The notes under the pieces: generated by a model
The model's database searches: none
Seen by the model: only the letters and a program-made list of their open reading frames with translations
Told to the model about the DNA's origin: nothing
Assembly: GCF_009914755.1 (NCBI RefSeq)
Contig: NC_060928.1
DNA: 64,000 bases
DNA from: the human T2T-CHM13v2.0 reference genome, Homo sapiens
Direction: 5' to 3' (one strand)
Part shown: piece after piece, positions 15,419 through 32,131 of the stretch
How positions within the stretch are numbered: the stretch's first letter is position 1
How the letters are laid out: each line of letters starts with the position of its first letter
Program-made: the position numbers and the translations under genes

Positions 15419-15690
15419 ACACCTTTGCAAAAGTATGGCAGTAAGAAATATCCGACATAGTTGACTCTATCTTGCTTCTGACCTCCAAGGTATCCTTGGT
15501 CACTCCTGGGCATAGGCCAAGCTAATTTGGGGAGGAATTTAGTTTATAATTTAACATTAAAGCTAGGACGATAATAGCCTTTCCCCAAACTAAATTGCCT
15601 TTATAAAATTAATGAAAGGGCACAAGGTTGGGATTAGGCGATGGGGCATGAATTCTGATAAGATGTAGACATAGTTTTTATAATTCCTTA

Positions 15691-16038
<348 letters not shown>

Positions 16039-17045
16039 GATCTGTGACTTCCCCATTTGCTCCTATAGATAATATCACTATTGTAGAGCTTAAGATTGGT
16101 GTTTCGAGATTTTTTTTCAGACTTTTTGGCCAACAATTGACCCCGCCCAGACCCTTGACTTGTGATTCAGCACAGGAGGACTGTTTTCCACAGCCCTATG
16201 ATTTCATCCCCAACCAACCAGCAGCACCCATTCCCTAGCCTCCTGCCCACCAGATTGTCCATAAAAACCTTAACCTCTGTGTCTTCCAGGAGACTGATTT
16301 CAATGATAATTCTAATTCTCCTGCATAGCCAGCCTCATGTCAATTAGATTTCTCTACTACAATGCTGCAGTCTCAGTGATTTTATTTTCTTTGTGCAATG
16401 GGCAGGAAGAAACCATTGGGTGATTACAGTAAAGGTTATATAAACTGGTATAAACTCTTTGGAAATTTTTACATTATCTACTAAATTTCAATGTATACAT
16501 ACCCCATGACCGAGAGAAATGCCTTCACATGTACAAGAAAAATTGTGCATAAGTATATTCATGGCACTGTTATTTGTAAGAGTAATGGTCATATATTTAT
16601 ATAATAAAATATAGTACAGAAAGGAAAATTAAAGAAATACTTGCTATTTGCAACAAAATGAATGATACTCAAAACATAAATCTTGAACAAAAGAAGGCAG
16701 ACATCAAAGATTACATACCATAGGATTACATTACAACAGAGTTGAAAAACTAATAGTGTCAGAATTAAGGACAGTGGTTACCTTTGGGAAAGGGGATAGA
16801 GATAGAAATTAGAAGGGGCCCTGACAAGGCTAATGGTGTGCTGGAAATTCTCTACATCTACGTTTTGATCTATGTAGTGCATATGTAGGTGTTTCCAACT
16901 TGGGATAATTTATTAAACTATACGTATATGAGTTACACATGTTTCTATGTGTTTAATATATTTAAGTGTTTAAAAAGTATTTTTAGAAGACAAAAATTGG
17001 ATGACTAGATTTTTAAAAAAAAAATCTATGAAAGTGACAATAGGC

Positions 17046-17233
17046 CAGTTGTTATAAAAGTGTAGCCTCTAGACCAGCAGCCTCAGTATCACATGGAATG
17101 TGTTAGAAATTCAAATTCTTGGGCCCTACTCCAGACCTACTCAACCAGAAGCTCTGGGAGAGGAACCCAAAATTATGTGCTTTAAAAAACTCTCCGGGTG
17201 AATCCAAGGTACCCTTAGGTTTGAGAACTGCTG
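17046..17233. mobile_element. MER5A MITE
   Basis: 'agaccagcagc...tgttagaaattcaaattcttgggccctactccagacctactc...tttgagaactgctg'. Confidence 0.85.
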
Positions 17234-17447
17234 CAGTAGACACATCTAAAACTTAAAGACAGAAATATTGGAAATAAAATAATGGAAAATATAAATATCT
17301 GGCAATTCTAATTAAGTCAGCATAGCTATATTAATTTAAAACAAAATAGAATTTAAGGCACAATGAATTATTAGAGATAAAGAATAACTTCTTTATAGAG
17401 ACACAAGGTTAATAAAGTCACTTCTTTGTAAACTGATAACATCTAAT

Positions 17448-18460
<1,013 letters not shown>

Positions 18461-18654
18461 TAACTAAAATCGACATCTTCTATATAATTGGGAAATGTTA
18501 AAATAGTTGTTTTAAAATCAGAAAGAAGACAAGAATATTTGCTGTTATGGGCTGAGTTGTGTTCTCATAAAATTCATGTTGAAGTTCTAAATCCCATACC
18601 TTGCAAAGTATGTAAAGATAGGGTCTTTAAAGTGGTAATTAAGTTAAAATGAGG

Positions 18655-19034
18655 TGATATGGTTAGGCTTTGTGTCCCTACCCGAATCTCATATTGAATT
18701 ATAATCCCCATAATCCCCACATGTCAAGGGAGAGACCTAATGGAGGTAATTGTATCATGGGGGGCAGTTTTCCCTATGCTGTTCTCGTGACAGTGAGTGA
18801 GTTCTCAGGAGAGCTGATGGCTTTACAGGTGTTTGTTAGTTCCTCCTGCATTCACTCTCCTTCCTGTTGCCTTGTGAAGAAGTTGCCTTGCTTCCCCTTC
18901 ACCTTCCACCGCGATTGCAAGTTTCTTGAGGCCTCCCCAGCCATGCGGAACTGTGAGTCAATTAAACCTCTTTCCTTCATAAATTACCCGGTCTTGAGCA
19001 GTTCTTTAAAGCAGTGTGAAAACAAACTAATGCA
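18655..19034 (+). mobile_element. THE1 (THE1D-like) solo LTR
   Basis: 'tgatatggttaggctttgtgtccc...gcctccccagccatgcggaactgtgagtcaattaaacctc'; TSD tgagg/taagg. Confidence 0.9.
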
Positions 19035-19182
19035 TAAGGATATTAGGATGGGCCCTAATCTTACATGATCAGTGTCTTTATAAGAAGAGGAGATTAGGAG
19101 ACAGACACAGTCACAGGGAGAACTGTGTGAAGACAGCAGAAGACAGCCCTCTATAAGTCAAGGGGAAAAGCCCTAGAAGATA

Positions 19183-20015
19183 CTACTAGGGATATATGAA
19201 AAACAACAACAACAACAACAACAACAACAAAAAGCATACTTTTTTCCTATTCTCTACTCTTTACTCTCACACAACTACTCAATACACTTCATCTCTGGTC
19301 ATCAAAACGTGTGAATATTTCTCCCACCAGCAATCATTTCTGCAGTGTACACCAGCTGATTGTCCTATATTCTACCTACCTGGAGATAGCATCGAATCCC
19401 ACAGGTTAAGGGCTCAGACCACAAGACAGTCTCCAAGCCAGTCACGAGTTCAGGCCTCTGGAAATTTTTACCAACTTTCTATTTAGGGTCCCCACAACCC
19501 TTTCTGCAGGTTTGATTCATTTGCTAAAGCAGTTCCCAGTGTTTATCCAATTATTATAAAAGATATTACAAAGGACGTAGATAAATAGCCAGATGGAAGA
19601 TTTGTGCAGGGCAAGGCTTGAAAGAAGGGATGTGGAGCTTCTGTGCCTTCTCTGGCTGCACAACCCTTCAAGATCTCCCATGTGTTCAGCAGTCAGGAAG
19701 CTCCCAGCAGCCTGTCCTTTTGAGATTTTATGAAGGCTTCATTATATAGGCATGATTGATGACATCATTGACCACTGGTGATCAGCTTAACCTTCAGCCT
19801 ATCTCTTCTTCCCAGAGGTTGGAGGGTGAAGCTAAAAGTTCCAACTCTCTAATCCTGCCTTGTTCTTTCTGGCGACCTTCCCTATCCTTACTCTCCAGGG
19901 GTCCCCAGCCACCTGTCATCTGATTAGCATTATCACTCTGGAGATTCCAAGGGTCTTTGGAGCTGTATGTTGAGAAATGGGAAGGAAGACCAAATATATA
20001 TTTCACAGTTTCACA
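19183..20015 (-). mobile_element. MER21-family LTR
   Basis: Reverse-complement homolog of 8716-9577 ('ctacctggagatagcatc...cccacaggttaagggctcag', 'gaccaaatatatatttcacagtttcaca'). Confidence 0.8.
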
Positions 20016-20140
20016 GGCACCAACCCTGTACACCTTGATCTCCAACTTCTGGTTTCTAGAATTGTGAGAAAATCAATTTCTGTTGTTTAGGCTACCCAGT
20101 CTGTGGTGTTTTGTTATGGCAGCCCCAGCCTACTAACATA

Positions 20141-21520
20141 ACTGTTATTACCACATCTATTGGACCTGGCATTGGAGTTCCTAAACAATACAATGACAGA
20201 TAGATGACAGATAGATAGCTAGATAGACTATAAGAATAGGAAAGAAAGAAATACAATTGTAATTATAATGATTTTATTATTGTATACATAAAAATTCAAA
20301 GGAATCTACCACTGGAATATAAAAATTACTAAGATAATTAGAAAACTTGCAGAATACAAAATCAGTGTATTGCATTTGACCTTTTCTACACAGCCATGAA
20401 TAATTAGAAAAAAATACTTTTAATAAGCATACTAATTATATAACAAAAAATAAGATCGTATAATTTTAAATAATATGTAACACCATTATGAATAAAATTA
20501 TATTTAAAGAATTGAATGACATGAAAGAAAATCATATTACATGTGGAAATACTGTGAAAGGAAAATAAATTATGGGACCCTCCTTGACCCTCCCCCTAAA
20601 TCACTAAGCCAAGGGAAAAGTCAAGCTGGGAACTGCCTCCTGTTTTATTCCTAAATAAGACGGCTACAAAGATGGAAAGCTACATACCTCCCTCACAATT
20701 TGCCCACATGGAAATTCCTTGTGGACGAACCACAGACAGAAGTAAATTGTGTATTCAAAAAAGGCTGATCAAGGACTCAAAAGAATGCAGTCTTTCATCT
20801 CTTACCTGCTTATGACCTGGAAGCCCCCATCTCAAGTTGTCCCACCTTACCAGACTGAATTGATGTCTCATGTCTCCCTAAAATGTATAAAAGCAAGCTG
20901 TTCCCTGACCACCTTGGGCACATGTCGTCAGGATCTCCTGAGACTATGTTATAGGTACATCCTTAACCTTGGAAAAATAAACTCTGTAAATTGATTGAGA
21001 CCTGTCTCAGATGACTTTTGGTTTATAATACATTATGTTCATAACTAGGAAGACTCAATATTAGAAAGGTTTCAATTCTCCTTGATTAATATAGTCAATG
21101 CAATTGCAAAAGATTTTTGTGGAACTTGTAAGTTGATTCTAAAACTTATATGAAAGTGCAAATTGCCAAACATAGCTTAAACACTCCAGAAGAATAAAAA
21201 CAAGTCCAGTGGGAGGAAGTTGCCTTTTCAGATATCAGTATTTCTTATAAACCTCCAATAATTCAGGACGGGTAGTATTGATGCCATGTAAATAAATAAA
21301 TGAATGAAAGAGAATGAAGATCCTGCAAACAGATTCATAAATATATAGAAATTTAGTGTATGACAGAGCATGAATTGCAGGTCCATGAGGAAAAAGTAGA
21401 CCATTAGGTAAATATTGTTAAGTCAAATAGTTATCCCATGGGGTAAAACAAAGTATAAGAAATTTGATGACTTTCTCACCATATTCACAAGAAGCAGAGG
21501 AAATAAAAAAAAAAAAATAC
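20141..21520 (+). mobile_element. Old L1M ORF2 fragments flanking MER4A
   Basis: 'atgttcataactaggaagactcaatatt...caatgcaatt...tgattctaaaacttatatgaaagtgcaaa'. Confidence 0.65.
20553..21027 (+). mobile_element. MER4A-type solo LTR
   Basis: 'tgtgaaaggaaaataaa...tcactaagccaagggaaaagtcaagctgggaactg...attgagacctgtctcaga'; TSD atac. Confidence 0.87.
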
Positions 21521-21548
21521 AGACCTTCAGTTTAAGATTAGCACTATG

Positions 21549-22156
<608 letters not shown>

Positions 22157-22460
22157 TATAACCATGTCACCATGGCCCTCCTATTAGTTACATTTCTGGA
22201 ATTAAAAAATAAATCAATCAGTCCTGATACTCAGGTTTCTTCTAAGTCTATATTGGCTTTACAACACTGGAGGAGATACAGAAGTCAAGCAGATGGAGGG
22301 TATTTTGAGCTTTCTGCTTGACTCCACAAAGTTTATCAGTGAAGAGGAGTTAATGGTAAGTATTTATTTAAGGAAAAAAGAATGGAATTAAAACAATTGG
22401 AATTCCAAGACCAAGAATTTGGAGAAGTATAAGTAAATGCCATTTTAAACATTTATGCAT

Positions 22461-23062
22461 TGTGGTAGGCAGAATTCTAAAATGATTTCCAGTGACATTT
22501 GCCCTTGTATTATCAATTCCCCTTGAAGTGTGGGTGCAACCTATGAGTAGGTATCACTCCCATGATTGTTTCATTACATGACAAAGGCAAGTTAGTCAGG
22601 TGGGCCTCACCTGGTCAAATGAACCCTTTAAAAGCAGAGAGTGTTCTAGCATTGAGGAAGAAGAGGTAGTCAGAGAGATTCCAAGTGTGACAAGGACTTA
22701 CACGCTTGCTTGTTTGAATACGGAGGCAAGGATCTGAGGTGGAGGTACATGAATACAACCTGAAAACTGCCTCCAGGAGCTGACAGCAGCCCCCATCAGC
22801 AGCTAGCAAGACCACGGGACCTCAGCCTTACAAATGAATTCTGCCAACAATGTGAATGAGCTTGAAAGGAGATTGTTCCTCAGAGCCTCCAGACGCGAGA
22901 CCAGTCCAGATGTGCTTTGATTTGGGAGCTGTGAAACTATAAGCAGAAAACCAGGAGAGCTCACCCAGAGCTTGACCTACAGAATCATGAACTAACAATT
23001 GGGTGTGGTTTTATGCCACCAGGTTTATAGTAATTTGGCGTACACCAATACAAACCAACACA
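22461..23062 (+). mobile_element. MLT1E/F-type MaLR LTR
   Basis: 'tgtggtaggcagaattctaaaatg...gaattctgccaacaatgtgaatgagcttgaaagg...gacctacagaatcatgaac'. Confidence 0.8.
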
Positions 23063-25014
23063 TAATTATATATTCAAATAATGCCTTTATGAAAAATGTA
23101 ACAATGTTTAAAGCGTGGTGATATCTGTCGCCACGTTAATACTTGAAGGTTTTTGAGGCTAGGCTTTTCATAATTAGGCATGGTAATATAGGTGAGGTGA
23201 TAAAAAACTAAAGTTTATTAAAAATAACTAGTTTAAATAGCAAAAAATTGTTTCAAGGTAACTGATGAGAACCTTTTTTTTTCCTCCAAGAGGTATAACT
23301 GCTTCTTCCTGTGGGTGGATGAAAGCAATTCACCTTATAGCACTCATTTGAAAAACTCCCCTTCTTCATATAAATGTTTAAAGGGTAGCACTCTATCACC
23401 CTGTGAAAAGTGCAAAACACTACATTCAACGGTGAGACTAAAGCAGCTTCTCACTACACCCCGTGGCATGCAGAATTGTCATGAGAGAGCTGAGGAGTCT
23501 TCTCCTAGAAACAGGATCAGGCATCTTGCCCTCTTGCTTTTCAGTTGCAATATTATTAGAGACTAATGGATTAGGATTGTCTGCTGATAGGAAAGGACCC
23601 AAAGGTCTCTGCAAAGGGGACTTATCAAGAGGGCAGTGGCAGAGCTGGGAGGAGGGTGCAGGCTCTGTGTCAGGGTCTCATTGTTCCTGGGGAGAGACGG
23701 TTCCAGCCAGAGCGTGTATGTGGCTGAATGTCCATCTGGATTCAACCGTGACTTGAAAAACAATTTCTCTGCATGAGGACACAAACTAGGAAAAACTGTG
23801 AAATGGGAACTCTTAGCATGGATTTTAGTCAATAAAATTACAACAACAATAAATAAAAATCCACCAAACTATATAGTATCATTTACCACTGGAGACATAC
23901 CATGAAATGAGAACAGAGACAAAGGCAGCCTAAAAACAGATGCCCAAAACCACACAAACCAGTTGTCAATTCAGGAAGAATGGGTGGATCGCTGATAATG
24001 AACAGGAGGGAATTGAGTGAACAATCCGAAAACTGAAAAACAAAATACGGGGCAAGAACAGATTAATACTCTGACACACTGCAACCTTTTATACCAGTTT
24101 CTTAATAAAGCAGCTTGCACTTGAAAAGTACACCTAGAAAGGTACTCAGTAAAATTGCTGCTCTCCTGATTTGTTAACAGGGATGCACTCTTGAGTCTTA
24201 ATCAATGTAGGTTACATTGATGTTGATTAGAGGGCTGTTAATTTGCAGCTCGTGATCAAAACCTGTATGTGTGCATGAGTTTGTATGTGTGTGTGTGTGT
24301 GCCTGTGTGTGTGTTTCCAGAGCTTCAAGAAATCCTAATGTGAAGATCCTATTTTTGCCTCTATCAGTCCTCATCCAGGAGCATGGTGGGCAGAGCTGTT
24401 TGTCCCCCTACTGCCCTGTTCACTGCTGAAGGATTCCTCACAGGCTTCAGTCTCCCTTTCTGCCAGAGTACAAAACAGGAAAAGGAGGCACAGCCCTTGT
24501 ATATTCAGAGGCCAGAATTTCCTCTGTTTTCACGAATCCAAAAAAAATCTGCTTTCCACTTTATCCTTAAAGACTCAGTGGCTTGAAAGTCTCCTTCAAA
24601 CCTGAGGTTCTATCATTTTATGTAGTAAACACTTCCATCCGCTTTTTAGCAAGAGATTAACTATATATAATCTGAAATCTTTAAAATAGCATTTAAAATG
24701 ATCTAAAAATGCCAACTTTTAAGGCTCTCTCAGAAGGAATTTCCCAAAATCTGTCCTCAGAGATGATCACAGAATAGTGTGAGGATGAATGAATGAATGA
24801 ACAAACAAATCAGCTAGCTGGGGAAAGACTGCAGGGCACGACAGTTGTGCAGATACACACGCACAAACACAGTATCCACCAGTATATTAAATTGTCTAGC
24901 ATCACAAATCTTCAGGTCCCTCATTTTTAAACCTGATGTCTATGATGTTATCTACAAAATTTCAAGGTCGTATGAGTCCCAGTACTCTGGGTGTCTTCGG
25001 TCATTTCCTCCTTC

Positions 25015-25450
25015 AGCTGCTGCAGTGAACACAGAGTTGCCCCATCCATACCTCCCTCTTTCAAGATGGGAGCACTCTTCCCCCAGCTTCTAGATTGCTG
25101 ACAGCTGTCAGGTCACAGGATCTCCGTACCAGATGACTACCCTCAGCCTAAGGCAACTGCCTTGCCCAAGGTTACACTTCCTCCTCAGGGCAGCCGTCAG
25201 CCATGATTGGTCAGTGAGTAAAGGGGAAGGAGTAGAAAGACCCAGTCCTCCTGATGGAATTCAGGGTAACTTTGAAAAATTATTTTATCCCTAGAGCTCC
25301 CTGTAGGATTGGCTAATGCATCTACTGTGGTTCCCTAAGTCCAATCCTGCTTTCTGTCCTCAAGATCCATTCTGATCCTGAGAGCACTTCCTTCTGGAAG
25401 CACCCATCACTGCCTCTCAGTTAGCTTCCTAGGTAACCTTACCTGTGACT
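25015..25450 (+). mobile_element. LTR16-family ERVL LTR
   Basis: 'ggcaactgccttgcccaaggttacac...agagctccctgtaggattggct...gatcctgagagcactt'. Confidence 0.65.
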
Positions 25451-25649
25451 GTAGCAGTTTCTTAGTAGGAAAGTAATATATGAGTATAGTCCCAAGGCCT
25501 ACTTATCTTGGGTCTCTTTGTTTTCTAAACCAGTCCAAAAGCTGAATGATAAAAAAATTAGCAAGTTCATTAAGGCAAAATAGCCAAAACATACAGAAAT
25601 GCATTTTGTTTTTATCGTAATTAATTCTAAGGCATCGTTATACTCCATG

Positions 25650-26062
<413 letters not shown>

Positions 26063-27721
26063 CCTATTTTTTTTAAAAACGAGCAGCCATAGGTAATTTT
26101 TACTATCCTTTTCACATAATGGGAGGTATTGAGGAGAGAGCCGCTATGATAAAAGCATAAGCTTCTAAGTAAAATTTATCTCTGAAATATTTTTTTTTTT
26201 ACTGTCCATTTCTTTCTACAAAGACCCTAAAATTTTGCTCCTACTTTTAAAAAACTTTATGCCACAAGGAAGGCATTGCCATAGGAAAGAGAGATAAAAG
26301 GGGCAATCTATGAGTTTGTTTTGATATTTGGAGCACACTTCAGGCATATTCATTTGTCTTTGATGGCTCCTGCAAATTACAAGGCAAAAATAGACTGATA
26401 TTTTGAGTTCTGTGAAACAGGTAAATTACAGAAAGAAAGAAACTTGCCCAGCCCCCTTCAGCGCTAAATCCTTCAGGCAGTTTTGAGCACATAATAAATG
26501 TTTAATAGTACTTGTTAAATAAATAAATAAATAAATAACTGATGTGTAAGTGCATTCTTAAAACTCAGAAGACAGGACTCTATTGAGTCTCATTTGGAAT
26601 ATATTTTTTTCATGTCTAGCAAAATCTAAATTATTCTCCTTATGTTTTCTCCCCACTTTTCACATGCTTGATAATAGGTGATAATGCCATATTACATCTG
26701 AGAAGTACGTAGCCTCCCCTTTGCGTTAGACGCAGAGCCAAGGGTAGAAATCAACTTAGAATGAGAGACCATGGCCGTTGTCATCGAAATGAAATTTAAC
26801 ACAGTTTTTTCAGACAATTAATTTGTTTGGCACTCATTCTGTCACGATTCTCATACCCTTTATTCTTTCATTGTGATAACTGAAAAAGTGTAACACACAT
26901 GAAGAAATAAAAAAGATGCTCTTTGTCTTCTTCCATTCTTCTTAAAAGATGTTTACCACACTTCTTTCGTGAGTCAGACACTACACTGAAGACACAAAAA
27001 TGAGTAAAGCAAAGCTCAAAGAGCTCACAGTCTGGGGAGGAAAAACATGAGGCCCCCATGAATAGGAAAAGGACAGTGAAGGAGGTGCAGAGCCGCAGAG
27101 CACAGCAGGAGAGGCCGAGCGCTGCAGGGGGAGAAAGGCCTCCCAGAGGTGGAGAGCCCACCACGCAGTCTTACAGGATGAGTTCGTATTCACCCAGTGT
27201 GGAGCCAAAGAAGCGATTCTTGACAAGAGTAGAGGGTTATGGAAACAATGGTAGTGGGAATTGTTCTAGTAGTCAGGAGAGATACTTAGGTGACAGATTC
27301 ATAATGACTTGGTGACAGAGTGCAAATGGAGGGGGTGTGAAATAAGAAAAGTCAATGGGAGAAGAAAATTATTGTGAGAGAGAAAAGGGAACCATAAATA
27401 TGGCAAAAGTCTAGGTCATGGTGGACAAACTGCTACAGACCAAAAGAGTTTAAAACTTATATCCACACAAAAATAGGCATAAAAATATCCAGACAAAAAT
27501 CTTTATAGGAACTTTATCATTGCCACAACTTGGAAGCAATCAAGATGTCCTTCAGAGGTGAATAGATAAATGAACTGTGCTTCCTGCAGATAATAGAATA
27601 TTATTCAATGCTAAAAATAAATGAGGTGTCGGGCCATTAAATGACAAGGTAGAACCTTAAATTCATATTACTAAGTGAAAGAAGTCAAGTTGAAAAGCTA
27701 CATACTGTACCATTCCAACTA

Positions 27722-28636
27722 TAGTCATTCACTTCATACTGAAGTTTCAGTAAGCAACAGACAGCATATGCAATGGTGGTCCCATAAGATTATAATGGAG
27801 CTAAAAAATTCCTATCACCTGAGTGCCATTGAAAGCTTTGCAACGCCACAGAGCAACACATTACTCAAGTGTTTGTGGTGATGCTGGTGTAAACAAAGCT
27901 ATGACTGTGTTGCCAGTCATAAAAGTATAGCTCATACAATTGTATAGAGCACATCATACTTGGTGATGATAATATTAATAACTATGTCACTGGTTTATGT
28001 TTTTACTATACTAAATTTTTTATTGTATTTTAGAGTGTACTAATTCTACTTATTTATTTTTAAAAAGTTAACTATAAAATAGCTTCAAGCAAGTCCTTCA
28101 GAAAATACTACACAGGAGAAAACATTTAAAATAAAAAAAATAATAGAAAAATGCTTATAGAATAAAGATAAATAGAGATAAAATATTTTTGAATGGCTGG
28201 CTGTACAATGTGTTTGTGTTTTAAGCTAAGTGTTATTACAAAAGAGAAAAAAAGTTTAAAAAAACTTTATAAAGTAAAAAATTACAGTAAGCTAAGGTCC
28301 AGTCCAGCAAGCTCCATCCTTGTGAAGTGCCCTCTACAGAAGTACCATTTTTAAATCTTTTATCTCATATTCTTACTGTACCTTTTGTAGACTTAGACAT
28401 GTTTAGATACACAAATACTTACCACTGTGTTACAACTGCCTATAATATTCAGTACAGTAACATGCGATACAAGTTTGTAGCCTAGGAGCAACAGGCTATG
28501 CCACATAGCTTAAGGGTGTAACAGGCTATAACAACTAGATTTGTGTCTCTACATTCTTGATGTTTGCACAACAACAAAATTGCCTAAAGATGCATTTCTC
28601 AGAATGTATCCCCATTGTTAAATGACACATAACTTC
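27722..28636. mobile_element. Tigger3 (Golem) non-autonomous DNA transposon
   Basis: 'ggtggtcccataagattataatggagctaaaaaattcctatcacct' and terminal 'gcatttctcagaatgtatccccattgttaaatgacacataac'; TA-flanked. Confidence 0.82.
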
Positions 28637-28818
28637 TATGACATTCTGGAAAAGGAAAAACTCTGGTGACAGTCAAAAAAAAAAAATCCACTCCTCTCAG
28701 GAGTTGGTGGGAAGGAAGGGATAAATAGGTGAAGCACAGAGGATTTTTAGGGCAGTGAAAATACTCTGTATGATACTATAAAGGTGGACATGTGTTATTA
28801 TACATTTGTTCAAACCCA

Positions 28819-29180
28819 TTTCTTAGTCTGTTTGGGCTGCTGTAACACCACTATCATAAACAGGATGAATTATGAAAAACAGATATTTGTTTCTCATAGT
28901 TCTAGAGGCTGGGAAGTCCAAGATGAAGGCACTGGCAGCTTCAGTGTCTAGTGAGGGCGCTGTGGGCTTCATAGATGTCACTTTCTTTCTGCATCCTCAC
29001 ATGATGGAAAGGATACACATGCCTTCAGGCCTCTTTTATAAGGGCACTAATTCCATTTATGAGAGCTCCACCCCCAGGACCTAACTACCTCCCAGATGTC
29101 CCACTTCCCAATACCACTACAGAGGGAATTGAGTTTCAACATATGAATTTTGAAGGGACACAAACATTCAGACCATAGCA
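28819..29180 (-). mobile_element. MLT1A-type MaLR LTR
   Basis: 'cttagtctgtttgggctgctgtaac...gaggctgggaagtccaagatgaagg...acattcagaccatagca'. Confidence 0.87.
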
Positions 29181-29735
29181 CCAATAGAACGTCCAATACC
29201 AAAAGAGCACCCCAATGCAAATTACACACTTTGAGTAATACAAACATAGATCAATGTAGTTCATCAGTTGCAATAAATGTATCATTCCAGTGAGAGCTAG
29301 GGATAGTGGGGAAGTTGTCTGTGGGGTAGCGGTTGCATGAGAACTCTGGGTATTTTTCTTTCCCTTTAGGAAAAAGAGAAAGAGAATGATGTCATAATTT
29401 TTTTGAAGCCTCTACTAGTGATCCTAATTTGCAGCCAAGGTTGCAAAGTACTCTTTTAAAAGAATTATATGTTAAAAAGGGAATGACATTCTGAAAGACA
29501 TCAACAAAATCAGCAAGAAAAGAGCACAATGGGAGCACTGAGACCAATTAGGATTTTAATACAGTAGGAGAAGGGACAAATGATTGTGGTGGGAGTGCAG
29601 AAAAAAAAATAAGTTGATAGATTTTAGAGTTATTTTGGATAATCAAGAGATCTGGTAATTTGCCGAATACAGTAGGTAAAGACAAAGGATTCAAGGATGA
29701 TACCATTTTTGGGCCTGGGCAACTAAGTCTGGGTT

Positions 29736-30272
29736 GTAAGCAATAAATTAGCAGCCCTGATACTGTTGGCTGGTCGCTGGTCATGCCATTCTCCTGCTAA
29801 ACACAAACAGTTGCAGGAAACATCACCATTAGACAAGTTCCTTCTGTTATCACGCTAGTGTGAGACAAAAACAAGACCCTCTGTAATTCTGACAAGCATA
29901 AGCAAAATAAGAACACCATGCAAACTTCAAAAATGACCAAACATTTTCTTCTTCAAGCAATTAGGAGTGATGCCACTTCTCTATCGACTATAGCACTAGC
30001 CCTGCTCCATCCCTTCCGCCTCCTACGTAACAAATATTAAGATAACTAATTACAGAATTGTCCCTAAATGAATACACCCAATCTGGAGCCATCCTCACTT
30101 CCATGAATGCTCTCCAAAATATCAAACCCAAGCTCATCTAGCAATCCCTTCCTAGCATCCTCTTACTGAAATGTCCCACATTCTCTGTGTGTAGAGTCTC
30201 CCTTGCTGCAGCGAATAATAACCCAACTTTGTTTGACTACAGATGTCTCCTGGTGGTCTTCGACTGGTGACA
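29736..30272 (+). mobile_element. Old ERV1-type solo LTR inserted in an L2
   Basis: TG...CA ends; U5-like 'ctcccttgctgcagcgaataataacccaactttgtttgactacagatgtctcctggtggtc'; purine-rich L2-like flanks. Confidence 0.5.
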
Positions 30273-31825
30273 TTTACTGAGAAGAGAAATACTGAAAAAG
30301 CATAGGATCATTTGAGAGTAACAGGATAGAGTTTTGGTTTTTGCATGTCGAGTGGGAGGTACAATTTTTGAAGGTAATTAGATTTATTGATCCAAGACAC
30401 AGAAAATGATTTTGTACTGAGAAATAGATCTGAGAGTCCAGTAAAAAGATGGTAAGTGAAACCAGAGAGAGTGGGGCACAAAAGGTTATCATGAGAAAAT
30501 CTGCACAGTGAGAGGATAATAATAGGTCCAGTAGAAATCTTTAGAAATGGATGAAAGAGTAGCCAAAAACAGGAAGGAACCTAGAATGACCATAAACTTA
30601 AGGGAAGAAAGAAAAAAAAAAAAAAACAGAAGAGGGATGTTACAGAAGACAAGTAAAGAAAACACTTCAAAGAAAAGTAGTTAACTAGATCTGCACAATT
30701 TATTTGCTATAAATGAATATATCAAATAAATGACCCTCACTGCAACCTAGATAACCATCATAAAGATAGTCATAAAGATGGTCATTTGGGTTGCTTCCAA
30801 TTTGGTAAACAATGCTGCAATGAGGATGATTGTACATAAATATTTAAGTACTTGTGCAGTGCATTTGAAGAATAAATTCCTCAGATTGGAATTTCTGGGT
30901 TAATGGATTTGTGTATCTGATTTTTAGTAGTTCATTATGCACTTCACAGATTGCATAAAGTAACATACCCACAATAGTACATGAATTCTTATTTCCTAAA
31001 CCCTCAGCAAATACATATTTTCCCTAGCCTCAAAATGAATGTTTTCCAATCACGGCCCAGTATCTGCTGATTCAGCACTGTCCTGATTTCTTGATGAGCA
31101 CTTTTAATTCACAAATGCTAGTTCCCGTGCATTAGCTCACTCTCCAGCCTGCTAAGGCTATGCCAAATGTTACAAATTGAGAGCAAACTTTTGATGGTAT
31201 TTTGTGCTTTTATATCTAAAAATATAAAAATGCCTAAAGCCTGTCAATCATTCCTCCCTCTCCCTAATTTCCACAAATTTCCTAAATTAGCTCTCTAAAA
31301 GGAAACATAGCAAAAAATGGAAAATAGAGCATCACTTTAGTAACTGTGGAGTCAGTGACCAATGACCACAAAAGCATATTTCTGGCACAGGCTTTGTGGC
31401 TTTGGCTAAAAATACCCGTATCACCCCAGGCCCCATTCAAAGCTATATCTTGGGAGTATCTGAGTATCACATAGATCTATTAGGTTAAAAAAAATGGAGG
31501 AGACAGCAAGTTGACTGAGTTTGTTGGTAAATTCTCTAGAATCCAGCCACAAAACATATAAAAAAGAAAGACGAGAATATTTCAAGATTAACATGGCATT
31601 TTTATCATAAAGCAATGCCACGCCTGGTGAAAGAAGTAAAGTAAGCCTCAGTGTCTTGGAGGCTGATAGATATACCAGGGCGGCAGCTCCTCTTTCTTAG
31701 CTGAGTGCTAGGAGGTGAGTGGGAAGGACGGAGCAGAAATGTCTTCCTCCTACACCACTTAACCATGACCTAAGAGAACAGCCACACTAGCTTAGACTAG
31801 AATACAGGTCCCTGAAATGGTCTCC

Positions 31826-32131
31826 TTTCTTTTTTCTCTCTCGCTTTTTTTTTTTTTGGAGACAGAGTCTCAGTCACCCAGGCTGTAATACAGTGATGCC
31901 ATCACAGCTCACTGCAGCCTTGACCTTCTGGACTCAAGCCATCCTCCCACCTCAGCCTCCTGAATAGCTGGGACTACAGGCACATACTATGCCTTGCTAA
32001 ATTTTTATTTTTGTAGAGACAAGGTCTCGCTATGTTGCCTAGGCTGGTCTCAAACTCCTGGACACAAGCAATCCTCCCACCTCAACCTCCCAAAGTGCTG
32101 GGATTACAGGTGTGAACCACTGCACCCAGTC
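31826..32131 (-). mobile_element. AluJ
   Basis: 'atcacagctcactgcagccttgacc', 'ggtctcgctatgttgcc'. Confidence 0.9.

Larger units (their letters stand above)
18543..20140 (+). mobile_element. MLT1B-like MaLR LTR split by THE1 and MER21 insertions
   Basis: Pieces 18543-18654, 19040-19182 and 20016-20140 join into one MLT1 LTR. Confidence 0.8.
27455..29370 (+). mobile_element. L1MC-like 3' region interrupted by Tigger3 and MLT1A
   Basis: 'ttggaagcaatcaagatgtccttcag...ctaagtgaaagaagtc'; 'agcacagaggatttttagggcagtgaaaatactctgtatgatac'. Confidence 0.75.
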